Shown here in pieces: positions 20,509-31,237 of a DNA stretch of 64,000 nucleotides. The position numbers and the translations under genes were made by a program. This DNA is from Tortispora ganteri (Eukaryota). The notes beneath the pieces were generated by a model, which saw only the letters and a program-made list of their open reading frames with translations, was not told the DNA's origin and did not search any database. Location: NCBI GenBank assembly GCA_003707115.1, contig PPNB01000017.1, positions 62,001-126,000 of the forward strand, given 5' to 3'. Positions within the stretch are counted from its first letter, which is position 1, and each line of letters starts with the position of its first letter.

Positions 20509-22512
20509 TTAGTTTTCAGTAATAGTTCCTTTCTTTTTGCGTTCAAATCGTACATCTTCAGGATTGAAACCGGCTTGGTCTGATCCGAAATGAGCCCAGT
20601 CCGGAGTAGGAGATATGTAGTCCATGGGACCGAATTCCACGCCCGATTCTAGAAGTTCAAAGAACTTCTGGTAATTAATGTGAGTATGCCAAACATCGTT
20701 GATGTAAAACCTGTTCTGTGCCATCAGAATACAGCAGGAGTGCGCATGTTCAGCCGCAATACCATAAGGCAATTTTCGTCGCTCCAGTTCATTATTGAGT
20801 TCCAAAACAAAGTCTCGAACCTCTTCGTAAAAAGGAACATTGGCCATCGTCAAAGGATTAGATTTAGATGTGCCACAATAAGTAACTCCTTTGATCTCGA
20901 TAAAGCAAGGGTTAGCCTTTTCGATCAAGTCCGCGTAACCTGCAGTGTCGGTTGCGTTAAACCCCTTAACAAGAGTTAAACGAAACACTGTGCGCTGACT
21001 AGTTTTTTTCCTTATAATATCCAAACAGCGCTGGAACCGCGGCCAGAAATCTCGATGAAGTGGTCGGTCAACCTTTTGCAAACTTGTCTGGTCTGGGGCA
21101 TCAATAGATACATATAATTGTGTGACCCTGTCCATTCTCTCAAGTTCGTCCGGGTGTTGCGCATTACAGACCAAAAATGACGATATCCTTCTAGCATGCA
21201 GTAAAGCAACAAACTCATTAATATGTGGATAGAATATCGGCTCACCTACTAGAGAGAGTGCACAATGCTTAATGGTAAAAGCTTCCTGGAAACGGTCAGC
21301 ATTAACGCCAGGTACGCCCCTCATCTGTTTTATCTTCTTGTAATGGCCTTCCATAGCGCCTTTAAGTATATCCTGGGGCTGATCTACTTGCCATCTCCAT
21401 GTAGTTCCAACCGGATTAGTTCCGTGTCGCCAGCAGAACACGCATTTGCTGGAACAAGAGAGAGAAGGTGTAGTCTCCATACACAAATGGCTCTTGATCC
21501 CGTAGAAGGCAAACTTGTAGCAGGATCCACGACCTCTGAGAGCTGATTTAGTCCACCTGCATATTTTAACACCAGAGTGCGAGCCTACTATAGTGTATCC
21601 TTGTTTAGTTAAGGCAGTGTATGTTGGCGAACCGCTGGCGACCATTTCCTTTGGCAAATCCTGGATTTTGGCGCTCGAGCTTTTTATTACAGATCCTAAG
21701 TCCTCCAAATCAGCGACAACATTAGAGTCATCTTCATCGTCTGAGTCTTTAGCATCTATTTCTTCTGGAGGAGTGGGGTCTTCCAGAGCAGAGATAATGC
21801 CGTTGCACCAATTAGTCAGTGCTGCAGGTATCGGATTTTGAGAGGTCACATCGGATTTGACGTTATACGTTATCACAGGATAGATGCGCTTTCCGCCAAG
21901 CTTGCCTATTATTTTATCAACGGCAAAAGCCTGGTAGCAGAACTTGTCTGCGTAGAACTCAGCGTCGCCGATTCCAAATACAGCGTAGCCGGATATTCTG
22001 TTGAGAGGTCTTGAATGAATGCGGAAATCGTTATAAGTTTCTTTGAGCGATTCTAGGAAAAAATCAATAGACGATTCAGTGATGTATGAAGGTAGCAAAA
22101 GAAGATATACGGTATCAGAAGACTGTGGGGAGACAAAATATGAATCTTGATCTTCGAGGTAGTCGATATTGAGAAGGGTAGCAGGTTTTGTTAGAGACTG
22201 ATCTAATATTGATTTTGCAGACTGAGCAAGACGTTCAGTTGTTCCGGAGATAGATGAGTAAAATATTAAGACACTTGAATTGACTGAAGGGAGCACAATG
22301 TGCTTTTTCTGCGGTGGTTTGCGGCCAATGAAGGTTTTAGGTGCAGATCTAGGAAATTTTGGCGCATACGGTGATGGCTTTTCTTGTTCCGGTTCAGAAG
22401 GCGTTACAGACGATACCTTACGAGTTCTAGAAACACTGTATATACATGTGATCACAATAGCGAGTATCACCCATTTATAGTTGTGAAACAGTGCCAGTAC
22501 AGGCAGTGACAT
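20509..22512 (-). CDS. TYW1: tRNA 4-demethylwyosine synthase (flavodoxin + radical SAM)
   Basis: N-terminal TM segment, flavodoxin motif YSSISGTTE, GSHSGVKICRWTK, CxxxCxxC (CSSKCVFC) and ALSLVGEP. ATG at 22512. Confidence 0.96.
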   Translation of the reverse strand: MSLPVLALFHNYKWVILAIVITCIYSVSRTRKVSSVTPSEPEQEKPSPYAPKFPRSAPKTFIGRKPPQKKHIVLPSVNSSVLIFYSSISGTTERLAQSAKSILDQSLTKPATLLNIDYLEDQDSYFVSPQSSDTVYLLLLPSYITESSIDFFLESLKETYNDFRIHSRPLNRISGYAVFGIGDAEFYADKFCYQAFAVDKIIGKLGGKRIYPVITYNVKSDVTSQNPIPAALTNWCNGIISALEDPTPPEEIDAKDSDDEDDSNVVADLEDLGSVIKSSSAKIQDLPKEMVASGSPTYTALTKQGYTIVGSHSGVKICRWTKSALRGRGSCYKFAFYGIKSHLCMETTPSLSCSSKCVFCWRHGTNPVGTTWRWQVDQPQDILKGAMEGHYKKIKQMRGVPGVNADRFQEAFTIKHCALSLVGEPIFYPHINEFVALLHARRISSFLVCNAQHPDELERMDRVTQLYVSIDAPDQTSLQKVDRPLHRDFWPRFQRCLDIIRKKTSQRTVFRLTLVKGFNATDTAGYADLIEKANPCFIEIKGVTYCGTSKSNPLTMANVPFYEEVRDFVLELNNELERRKLPYGIAAEHAHSCCILMAQNRFYINDVWHTHINYQKFFELLESGVEFGPMDYISPTPDWAHFGSDQAGFNPEDVRFERKKKGTITEN

Positions 22513-22668
22513 GGTGATATTACGAAAAGGGGGAAAAAAAAATATTGTAAGAGGATTTTTAGAGTTCTTGGGAGGTGGTGATATACGTAATCCGAGGAGG
22601 AACGAATCACAAAAGTCCAAATATCTTTAAGTGACTTAAAGAACAGACAAGCACTCTTAAAAAAACCG

Positions 22669-23310
22669 ATGGATCTCAGTAAAGCAAAGGTACAGCGAAT
22701 TGAACCGCTGCAGGAACAAGAAGCAAAATGGGTTCAACTGAAGAAACTGATATATTTGGACCCTAATGGCGTAGAAAGGACATGGGAGTTCGCTAGCCGG
22801 ACTACTAGAGTAGAAGGCAGTGACTGCGACGGCGTTGGAATTATTGCTATTATTGAGAAAGAAAAAGGACCTGAAATTGTGGTTCAGAAGCAATATAGAG
22901 CGCCAGTCGATAGGGTATGTATTGAGTTGCCAGCTGGACTGCTAGATCCTAACGAAACAATCGTGGAATGCGCACAAAGAGAGCTCATGGAGGAATGTGG
23001 CTTAAAAGGTATACCTTTCGCAGAAGACTTCTACAAAGGTGTTCCTACCACCTCTGTTCTTATGTTTAATGATCCAGGATTTTGCAACACTAATCTAAAA
23101 TTAGTTACGCTGTCTGTGGACCCCAAGGACCCAATCAACCTCGATCCGAAACCTCAACTCGAAGCCAGCGAGTTCATCGAATCCTTCTCCATCCCATTAA
23201 AAGACCTACCTCTTAAGCTAAGAGACTTCTCTAATGAAGGTTACGCTATTGACGCTCGTGTACAGAATATCTCTATGGGGATCCTTCTTTCGAATGCTTT
23301 CCTGCGCTGA
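22669..23310 (+). CDS. YSA1: ADP-ribose pyrophosphatase (Nudix)
   Basis: Nudix box GLLDPNETIVECAQRELMEECG; also KQYRAPV, IELPAG and DPGFCNTN. Confidence 0.92.
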   Translation: MDLSKAKVQRIEPLQEQEAKWVQLKKLIYLDPNGVERTWEFASRTTRVEGSDCDGVGIIAIIEKEKGPEIVVQKQYRAPVDRVCIELPAGLLDPNETIVECAQRELMEECGLKGIPFAEDFYKGVPTTSVLMFNDPGFCNTNLKLVTLSVDPKDPINLDPKPQLEASEFIESFSIPLKDLPLKLRDFSNEGYAIDARVQNISMGILLSNAFLR

Positions 23311-23434
23311 TCTCTCTTATTGCCTATATATCCTCGCTATTACAGTTTTTAACCCCACGCCGCTCTTGGGCAGCGCGGTACACTTTCCCACCCAACCACC
23401 AAAATTCTTCCGTTAGCTTCCCTCACTCTGCAAT

Positions 23435-24349
23435 ATGGATCGTCAGCAGCAAGAACAATTAAGAAAATTATATGAACGCATGAGACGCTCTGCTAACCGC
23501 GGAACTGGCGGTGGTTCGCCACCTCCTCAATTTGTCGTCCGTGGAATAGGCGCCTTCATATTCCTCGGCCTCGCTGGAATGGCCGTCAGTGCCAGCTTGT
23601 ACAACGTAGACGGTGGCCATCGAGCAATTAAATACTCAAGAATTGGAGGTATCCAGCCGCAAATATACGGTGAAGGTACTCATTTTGCTATTCCTTGGTT
23701 GGAAACGCCTATCATATACGACGTCAGAGCAAAACCTCGCAATGTCGCCTCCTTGACGGGAACTAAGGATTTGCAAATGGTTAACATTACTTGCCGTGTC
23801 CTCTCAAGGCCTCAAATTGCAAACTTACCTACTATCTACCGTACCCTTGGAAGTGACTACGACGAGCGTGTTCTACCCTCGATTGTTAACGAAGTATTGA
23901 AGGCTGTTGTCGCACAATTCAACGCCTCGCAGCTCATCACCCAGCGCGAGAGAGTCTCAAGGTTGGTCCGTGATAGTTTAGTGAAAAGAGCATCCCTTTT
24001 TAATATCAACCTCGACGATGTGTCTATAACGCATATGAACTTTTCGCCCGAATTCACCCAAGCTGTCGAAGCCAAGCAGATCGCTCAGCAGGAAGCTCAG
24101 AGAGCAGCATTCGTCGTCGATAAAGCCAGACAAGAGAAACAAGGTATGATCGTTAAAGCCCAGGGTGAAGCAAGATCCGCTCAACTCATCGGTGAAGCTA
24201 TTAAGAAATCCAGAGACTACGTCGAATTGAAGCGCCTTGACACCGCAAGGGAGATCGCGCAGATACTGAGCAAATCTGGAAACCGTATTTTATTGGATAA
24301 CGATTCTCTTCTCTTGAACGTCTCCAGTGACTCACGCCAAAATCGTTGA
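23435..24349 (+). CDS. PHB2: Prohibitin-2
   Basis: YNVDGGHRAIKYSRIGG, DVRAKPRNVASLTGTKDLQMVNIT and QEAQRAAFVVDKARQEKQ. Confidence 0.97.
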   Translation: MDRQQQEQLRKLYERMRRSANRGTGGGSPPPQFVVRGIGAFIFLGLAGMAVSASLYNVDGGHRAIKYSRIGGIQPQIYGEGTHFAIPWLETPIIYDVRAKPRNVASLTGTKDLQMVNITCRVLSRPQIANLPTIYRTLGSDYDERVLPSIVNEVLKAVVAQFNASQLITQRERVSRLVRDSLVKRASLFNINLDDVSITHMNFSPEFTQAVEAKQIAQQEAQRAAFVVDKARQEKQGMIVKAQGEARSAQLIGEAIKKSRDYVELKRLDTAREIAQILSKSGNRILLDNDSLLLNVSSDSRQNR

Positions 24350-24506
24350 TCGACTGTTCAGTTGCCTTGTCTTACGTTTTGTTCGCTCATACACACTGGC
24401 GCATCACTCTCTCCTCCCAGTTTAGGGAAGGGACCTTTCCCAGTGGAATAACTTTGCCTTATTACACACACTCCCGCATTCTGTCACAGGCTTCAAAACA
24501 GCGACA

Positions 24507-27002
24507 ATGGTCACTATTGCTGTATCATTTTACACTAGCAACACTGTAGATATTCAATTCTCGTTTAAAGTATTATCGCTGGAAGGCTCTAAACCTCTAG
24601 TGCCTTATTCAAGTTTAGTAGATGACCCTGAGTTAGCGTTAACGCAGTCTAATGTTGACGCTTTATCTGATCTCACCCTCACAGCTCAAATATGGTCTGA
24701 TTCAAAACCCATTAGTTCAGTCATGTCGACTTCTTATAAGTCATTTAAGTACCAGAGGAAGTGGAATGAACTGCTCTCCTTCTCAACAAATATCTCCAGT
24801 TTGCCGTACAACTCTCAATTGGCCTTAACCTTATGGGAACCGCAAGGCCCACGCAAAATGGTCCCTTATGGTGGCACAACTGTCCAATTGTTCGACCATA
24901 AAGATGCCTCTCTCAAAAGAGGTAGACAAAAATTGCGGTTGTGGCTTGGAGTTCAAGCAGATCCTTTGTCGAATTCCACAACGCCAGGCGAGTACCTGCC
25001 CACTTCAGAAATGGATCGCCTGGAACTGATTATTAAAAGATTGGAGAATAATGAAGTACCAGCTGTTGATTGGCTGGACAATTTAGCTTTTCGTTGCATT
25101 GAAACTGTCAATATTTCTGCTGGTCGTAGTTCAGCATCTCATTTTCTCTTTATTGAGTTTCCGCATACCGATTTCCCTATAGTATACTCTGACACAGAAT
25201 ATGCAGGCTATGCTCCTAAGCGTTATTCGGTTCCTTCAGTTACTCCAGATTGTCCAATCGTTTCGATTCATGATCCAGAGTTCGAATCTGTCCTTGAGTC
25301 GAACGTTATAGAGCGCAAATACCATACTCTGATTCGCGGACCCAGAGATCGCCCTCTGGACAAGGAAAGAGTACCTAATCCTCGATCGCGTGATTTGCTT
25401 AACCAAATCGTTCGCTTTTCTTCTGTTCAAAGACTTTCAGCTATGGAACAAAATCTTTTATGGGAATACAGATATTATCTCACCCGGGAAAAGAAGGCTC
25501 TCACGAAATTTCTTAAGTCGGTATCCTGGGATAACCCTGCTGAGGTCCGTGAAGTAGCATCTTTGTTGCCTAAATGGACAGCTATTGATATAGATGATGC
25601 GCTTGAACTTTTGGGTCCTCTATTCCCTAATGACACTGTCAGATCTTATGCTGTTGATTGTTTACGACAGGTCAGCACTGAAATCTTATCATTATATCTC
25701 TTACAGCTAGTACAGGCGCTGAAATTCGAGCCTTCATCTAGGAAATCATACGTATCTTCAAACGTTGCAAAATCTAGCTTGGTGAACTTTCTGATCGAAA
25801 GGGCTTCAACGAATGAATCGTTTGCTGTATACTTCTACTGGTATTTGAAGGTTGAATCTCAAGACTCTAATTCATCGGCTCAAATATACGAACCGGTGCT
25901 TGAAAGATTCACGAGCACATTGAAAACCACTGATAATGGTACCCTGATATTGAAACATTTCCACAGACATGTGGATATAGTTTCTGCGTTATTGAATATA
26001 TCCGTGAAACTTCAGCACTCAAAGGACTCACGCCCAAAAAAGATTGAATCTCTCCAAGCCTACATTAATGATCCTCGTAAAGGCTTGCTTCATTTTGAGC
26101 CAACTTCTTTATTTTTGGACCCTGATGTGATGGTAGACGGTATAGTGCCAGAAGACGCTCTAGTATTCAAAAGTACGCTGTCCCCTTTTCGTATCAATTT
26201 TCGAGTATGCAATCAACCTGACGTTACCTACCCGGTATTATTCAAAAATGGCGATGACTTAAGACAAGATCAGCTTGTTATTCAAATAATTACCCTGATG
26301 GACCGGTTATTAAGGCAAGAGAATTTGGATCTCAAACTTACTCCTTACAGAATTTTGGCCACTGGCTCTACCAGTGGAGCTGTACAGTTTGTGCCTAGTA
26401 TTGCAATTTCATCAGCCATTTCTGATTACCAAGGAATTGCGGAATACCTACGTCACAATAACCCTGATCCTAATGCCAACATGGGAATTAAAGAAGAGAC
26501 AATGGATACATTTATTCGAAGCTGTGCTGGTTACTGCGTTATCACCTATATTCTAGGTGTTGGAGATAGACATTTGGACAATTTGCTAGTTGCTCCGGAC
26601 GGCCGGTTCTTTCACATTGATTTTGGTTATATACTGGGCCGCGATCCGAAACCATTTCCTCCTTTAATGAAAATACCTATACAAGTGGTGGAAGCTATGG
26701 GCGGTGTACAATCGGAAAATTACAAGAAGATGTGTAATCACTGTTTTACAGCGTTTGTGACTCTTAGGAAGTCTGCGAATCTTATAATTAACTTATTTGT
26801 TTTGATGGATAAAGCAAATATACCCGATATTCAACTTGATCCTGATAAAGCGGTGCTAAAGGTGAAAGAGAAGTTCTGTCTGGAGCTTTCAGATGAAGAA
26901 GCGGTGGCACATTTCCAAAATCTTATCAACGAGTCTGTATCGGCGTTTTTCCCAATGGTTATCGATCGTCTGCATAATTTCGCACAATATTGGCGAACTT
27001 GA
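24507..27002 (+). CDS. VPS34: Class III phosphatidylinositol 3-kinase
   Basis: C2 and helical domains, FKNGDDLRQDQL, GVGDRHLDN, HIDFGYILGRDPKPFPP and C-terminal HNFAQYWRT. Confidence 0.97.
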   Translation: MVTIAVSFYTSNTVDIQFSFKVLSLEGSKPLVPYSSLVDDPELALTQSNVDALSDLTLTAQIWSDSKPISSVMSTSYKSFKYQRKWNELLSFSTNISSLPYNSQLALTLWEPQGPRKMVPYGGTTVQLFDHKDASLKRGRQKLRLWLGVQADPLSNSTTPGEYLPTSEMDRLELIIKRLENNEVPAVDWLDNLAFRCIETVNISAGRSSASHFLFIEFPHTDFPIVYSDTEYAGYAPKRYSVPSVTPDCPIVSIHDPEFESVLESNVIERKYHTLIRGPRDRPLDKERVPNPRSRDLLNQIVRFSSVQRLSAMEQNLLWEYRYYLTREKKALTKFLKSVSWDNPAEVREVASLLPKWTAIDIDDALELLGPLFPNDTVRSYAVDCLRQVSTEILSLYLLQLVQALKFEPSSRKSYVSSNVAKSSLVNFLIERASTNESFAVYFYWYLKVESQDSNSSAQIYEPVLERFTSTLKTTDNGTLILKHFHRHVDIVSALLNISVKLQHSKDSRPKKIESLQAYINDPRKGLLHFEPTSLFLDPDVMVDGIVPEDALVFKSTLSPFRINFRVCNQPDVTYPVLFKNGDDLRQDQLVIQIITLMDRLLRQENLDLKLTPYRILATGSTSGAVQFVPSIAISSAISDYQGIAEYLRHNNPDPNANMGIKEETMDTFIRSCAGYCVITYILGVGDRHLDNLLVAPDGRFFHIDFGYILGRDPKPFPPLMKIPIQVVEAMGGVQSENYKKMCNHCFTAFVTLRKSANLIINLFVLMDKANIPDIQLDPDKAVLKVKEKFCLELSDEEAVAHFQNLINESVSAFFPMVIDRLHNFAQYWRT

Positions 27003-27040
27003 ATAGCTCGCATAATGAAATATAATATTTAAATGATCAA

Positions 27041-28435
27041 TCAATGGCTAGAGCTTTCTTGCACGTCTTTTAAAAACCGTTCCCATTCGTTAGTGGTAGA
27101 CTCGTAGTAATCGCAATGCGTAGTTGCCAACTTCAATAAAGATTCCCTAGTTTCTAAAACCTTTATCTGTTCAAAAGTTGTAATTTCTCGCATAACTTGT
27201 TCGTCAAAAGCTTGTGAAGTATTTCTGGCTTCTTCTGTTTCTCTCTTTAGCTCTTCGATTCTTATTTCAAGTTTCCTTATCCGATCTTTCCTGGATTGTG
27301 TATGATCAATGCCGCGCAGGTTATCCACATGACTACGCAAAAATCCAGCGGAATCACCTTTCAATAATCCATCCCTTTCTTCTTCGGATTTCGCCAGATA
27401 CTCGGCCAATGCTTCAGCATCTGCCTGTTTCTGTTCCCGACGACGTAGAAGCTGTTTCACTGCTTGAGCATAATTCTGCATATCTTGAAGACTGATCATA
27501 TAATCATATACAGTTGCATCCATTAGCTTATTTAAGCCAACTGAGTTATTTCGCACAGCACCGGCAAAATAGGTGATATCATTGTTAAGATCAGGTTCGA
27601 CTTCAGCCAGATGTATCATTTGAGAAGCAAAATCATCATAATCGTGAATAAGTTCATCCTCTCTCCGAGTTACTCGCACCAAGAGTTTCTCTATCTGCGA
27701 GATGTCTTCAGTTAACTTTGTGAGTTTCTCCTTCACATCAACGAACTCTTTGCTCGGGGTAGATTTGCTGAATGCATTGACCAGCACATCGCCTATGTTT
27801 TCGAGAACGCCTGCAGGATCAGATCCAGAGTGATTTCGCAAAGGTTTAGTCTTCATATATGCATTCCAGTCAGGAGACTCGAGAAACTCGTACAATACAG
27901 ATGCACGTCGCAATATAGGATGGTTGACTATGCGGAACAGGAACCGGTCAAGTGCGTTCGATCGCTTGCCTGTAACTTCAGCTCGAAACCGGTCCCCAGT
28001 TAAATAATCAAGTCTGCGTTTGTCTGGCAACGCTGGCACTGCACATGCGGGAAAATCTCGGCATAAAATACCATAGAGATATACGAAGTCAGAGAAACGA
28101 CGTCGCACCTTAGTAAGAGGGCGGCGGAATGCAGGGTTAGTGGTGTTGGTAGTGACTAAGTAGGATATATAGGCATTCTGCATGCCAGAATCCTGCTCCT
28201 TCAGCGGATCAGTGACTGTAGTTTCTAAAGTGTACTTCCAAAGACCAATTGATTCAGAAGCGGTAATCGACGATACAGTAGTAGAATCCTTAGGGGTAGG
28301 CTCGGCGGCAGGTGCAGTGGATGTGGAAGGGCCGGCAGAGTCAGGGGCAGGAATGTAAGGGAATGAGGTATTAGAGGAAGAATTTACCATCGTAGATCCC
28401 TCTGATGTCCATGGAGAGTCCGCCACTTGTTCCAT
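27041..28435 (-). CDS. SNX4: Sorting nexin-4 (PX-BAR, Atg24)
   Basis: PX motifs YISYLV, VRRRFSDF, PACAVPALPDK and YLTGDRF; BAR domain containing FLRSHVDNLRGIDH...RKDRIRKLE. Confidence 0.92.
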   Translation of the reverse strand: MEQVADSPWTSEGSTMVNSSSNTSFPYIPAPDSAGPSTSTAPAAEPTPKDSTTVSSITASESIGLWKYTLETTVTDPLKEQDSGMQNAYISYLVTTNTTNPAFRRPLTKVRRRFSDFVYLYGILCRDFPACAVPALPDKRRLDYLTGDRFRAEVTGKRSNALDRFLFRIVNHPILRRASVLYEFLESPDWNAYMKTKPLRNHSGSDPAGVLENIGDVLVNAFSKSTPSKEFVDVKEKLTKLTEDISQIEKLLVRVTRREDELIHDYDDFASQMIHLAEVEPDLNNDITYFAGAVRNNSVGLNKLMDATVYDYMISLQDMQNYAQAVKQLLRRREQKQADAEALAEYLAKSEEERDGLLKGDSAGFLRSHVDNLRGIDHTQSRKDRIRKLEIRIEELKRETEEARNTSQAFDEQVMREITTFEQIKVLETRESLLKLATTHCDYYESTTNEWERFLKDVQESSSH

Positions 28436-28701
28436 GTTTTATTTTAGTACTGTTTATAGAGTGTATTATGAGAAAATTGGAGTACCTTTCCAATCTTAGC
28501 GGGGTTCTTTTTAAATGGGTAGTCCTGAACAGCGGCGACTAGAGAAGAAGCTAAATGAGTAAGGGGGGTTAAGGGTAAACTCCAAAGTAGTATTGGGAGA
28601 TTTAAGCCGCACATGTCACGTGCAAGAACTGCACAAAAGAAGAAAAAAAAAACTATCATCGAGAAACTGCACCTTCTTGCAGTGAGAAGAAATTTTAGAC
28701 G

Positions 28702-31164
28702 ATGGCGAAGACGCAGAAGAAGCATAGTAAAGGTCGTTTAGATAAGTACTATAAGCTAGCCAAGGAAAAGGGATATAGGGCTAGAGCTGCGTTTAAGTTA
28801 CTGCAGATTAACCAGAAGTATGGAGGGTTTCTGCAAAAATCAAGAGTAGTCCTTGATTTATGTGCTGCGCCTGGATCGTGGTGTCAAGTTGCCACTCAAC
28901 AATGTCCTAGAGACAGTCTTATTGTTGGTGTTGATCTTGTACCGATGAAACCAATTCCGAATGTTATCACGTTTCAAGAGGATATTACCTCCGATCGATG
29001 CAGAGCACAAATCAGACAATACCTCAAGACTTGGAAAGCGGATACTGTACTTCACGATGGTGCACCAAATGTCGGTATGGCTTGGGTACACGATGCTTAT
29101 TCACAGGCTGAATTGGTTTTACAATCTTTGAAGCTGGCTACAGAGTTTCTTAAACAGAATGGTAACTTTATTACGAAAGTATTTCGTTCTAAAGATTATA
29201 ACAACCTGATGTGGGTTTTCAATCAGTTCTTTGAGACTGTCGAAGCCACTAAACCAGCAGCTTCTCGTGATGTATCAGCTGAAATTTTTGTTGTATGTCG
29301 CGGATACAAAGCACCCGCTAAAATCGACCCTCGTTTGCTCGATCCTCGATCCGTCTTTGAAGACGACGAGACCGCGCTCACTAGTAACTACGAAACATCA
29401 GTCTTTCACCCTGAAAAAAGTAAGAGAAAGCGTGAAGGATATGCCGAAAACGACTATACTCTGTTTCACACACAGTCAGTACTTGATTTCATTAGGTCTA
29501 GCGAACCACTTAGCATTCTCGCTACACAGAACCAGCTGAAATTCGAAAGTGCGAATGAGGAAGACAAAGAGGCTTTGAAAGTTATTAAAAAACTAACTTC
29601 TACTACGCCAGAGATTAAAGCGTGCTGTGATGATCTGAAGGTCTTAGGTAAGAAAGATTTTAGAGGACTGTTGAAGTGGCGTATTGCCTGTCGTGAGGCG
29701 CTTGGTTTGGCTACCAAAAAAGTATCTGCTAAAGAAGATATAGAAAATTCTAATACTCAGATAGAGCCTTTGGATCCTGAAGCAGAATTGGCCCAGCTAG
29801 AAGCTAAGCAAAGCGCTAGGTTGAAACGTGAGAAAAAACGACAGAAAGAATTGAAGATGAAAGAAATTCGTCGACGAGAAATGGGAATGGATACACCTAA
29901 AGATATCGGTATTGAATATGAAGCAGGTAATAAACTGTTCGAGGTGGAAACTCTGAAAAAGAACAATGTCCTCGAAGCTATGAAAAAAGGTAAAATGAAT
30001 TTTGCAACTGTGGATGCTTCTCAAGACAACGACGCTCTTCCGAGATCAAAGCGATATGAAGCTGAGTCTGATGAAGACGGGGATTTGCTAGAGGAAGAGT
30101 TGGATGCCATGTATGAAGACTTCCAAGAACGAAGAACCGCTGGAGACCCGCACAAGCGGGCTCGCCAATCACGATCTGACGAAGTTTGGACTGGGTTTGA
30201 CGACAAAAGCGGTGACAGCTCTGATGACGATATCGAATTCGATTCTGATTCTGATGCTGAAGATATTAAATTATCTAGGGACAAGCAGAATACAACTGAA
30301 CTTTCGAAGAAAGATAAAATGTTCTATGACCAGGGAATTTTTGAGGGGCTAGATGACGAAGAGTCCGATTCGCAAATCGCCGAAGATATTGTCAGCACTG
30401 ACTCAGAAGGTGAATATCAGAATGAATACAGCAATGGCGTTTCTCACAGCAACGGATACTTAGATGTCTCTCGGGAGAGTGGAAATGATAGTGAAAGTGA
30501 AAGTGAAAGTAGTGATGATGATATTGAAATGATATCTGCCGAGCCTGAAAATGGCGAAGATTATGATAGTGATGATGATTGGACTATGGGCACTAAAAAG
30601 CCAAAGATTGAGATTGTTACACCTGAAGCAATGACACTAGCGCACGAACTAGCATTGAAACGAAAAAGTCACGGCGAGCTTGCGGACGATGCATTTAATA
30701 GGTACTCTTTCCTCGAATCAGATGGACTACCTAGCTGGTTTGTTGATGATGAGAAGCGATTTAATAAGCCAAACAAACCTATCACCAAAGAGGCAATGGC
30801 AGTTATTCGCCAAACTCAAAAACAAATGAACTCCAGACCGATTAAGAAAGAACTGGAAGCTAAAATGAGAAAGAGAATGCGCGCCTCCAAAAAGATTGAG
30901 AGTATGCGAAAGAAATCTGAACTGATACTCGAGGATCCGGATAAATCTGAAAAGGAGAAAGCAGAGACGATTCAGAAGATCATGCGTCGGGCCACTAAGA
31001 AACAAGACCGGCCACAGATCACTGTTGTTCGCGCGCAAGGCGCTAATAGAGGCCTAAAAGGCCGACCGGGAGGAGTGAAAGGACGATATAAAATGGTGGA
31101 TGGTCGCATGAAGCAAGAACTTCGATCTAAGAAGATGCGCGAGAAGTCGAAAAGGAGAAGATGA
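28702..31164 (+). CDS. SPB1: 27S pre-rRNA 2'-O-methyltransferase
   Basis: GRLDKYYKLAKEKGYRARAAFKL, LDLCAAPGSW, HDGAPNVG and C-terminal GRYKMVDGRMK. Confidence 0.97.
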   Translation: MAKTQKKHSKGRLDKYYKLAKEKGYRARAAFKLLQINQKYGGFLQKSRVVLDLCAAPGSWCQVATQQCPRDSLIVGVDLVPMKPIPNVITFQEDITSDRCRAQIRQYLKTWKADTVLHDGAPNVGMAWVHDAYSQAELVLQSLKLATEFLKQNGNFITKVFRSKDYNNLMWVFNQFFETVEATKPAASRDVSAEIFVVCRGYKAPAKIDPRLLDPRSVFEDDETALTSNYETSVFHPEKSKRKREGYAENDYTLFHTQSVLDFIRSSEPLSILATQNQLKFESANEEDKEALKVIKKLTSTTPEIKACCDDLKVLGKKDFRGLLKWRIACREALGLATKKVSAKEDIENSNTQIEPLDPEAELAQLEAKQSARLKREKKRQKELKMKEIRRREMGMDTPKDIGIEYEAGNKLFEVETLKKNNVLEAMKKGKMNFATVDASQDNDALPRSKRYEAESDEDGDLLEEELDAMYEDFQERRTAGDPHKRARQSRSDEVWTGFDDKSGDSSDDDIEFDSDSDAEDIKLSRDKQNTTELSKKDKMFYDQGIFEGLDDEESDSQIAEDIVSTDSEGEYQNEYSNGVSHSNGYLDVSRESGNDSESESESSDDDIEMISAEPENGEDYDSDDDWTMGTKKPKIEIVTPEAMTLAHELALKRKSHGELADDAFNRYSFLESDGLPSWFVDDEKRFNKPNKPITKEAMAVIRQTQKQMNSRPIKKELEAKMRKRMRASKKIESMRKKSELILEDPDKSEKEKAETIQKIMRRATKKQDRPQITVVRAQGANRGLKGRPGGVKGRYKMVDGRMKQELRSKKMREKSKRRR

Positions 31165-31237
31165 GATGAACATATAATACTGAATAACGCTAAAAAGGCG
31201 ACAATTCTCTTTGCCTGTAGTTTGTAGTGCTCTTTGG

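Noticed and set aside
6352..25292. GTTCGAATC T-loop/B-box-like strings (about 6354 and 25280) suggesting tRNA genes
   Set aside because: Both lie inside protein-coding sequence and I saw no cloverleaf or A-box context.
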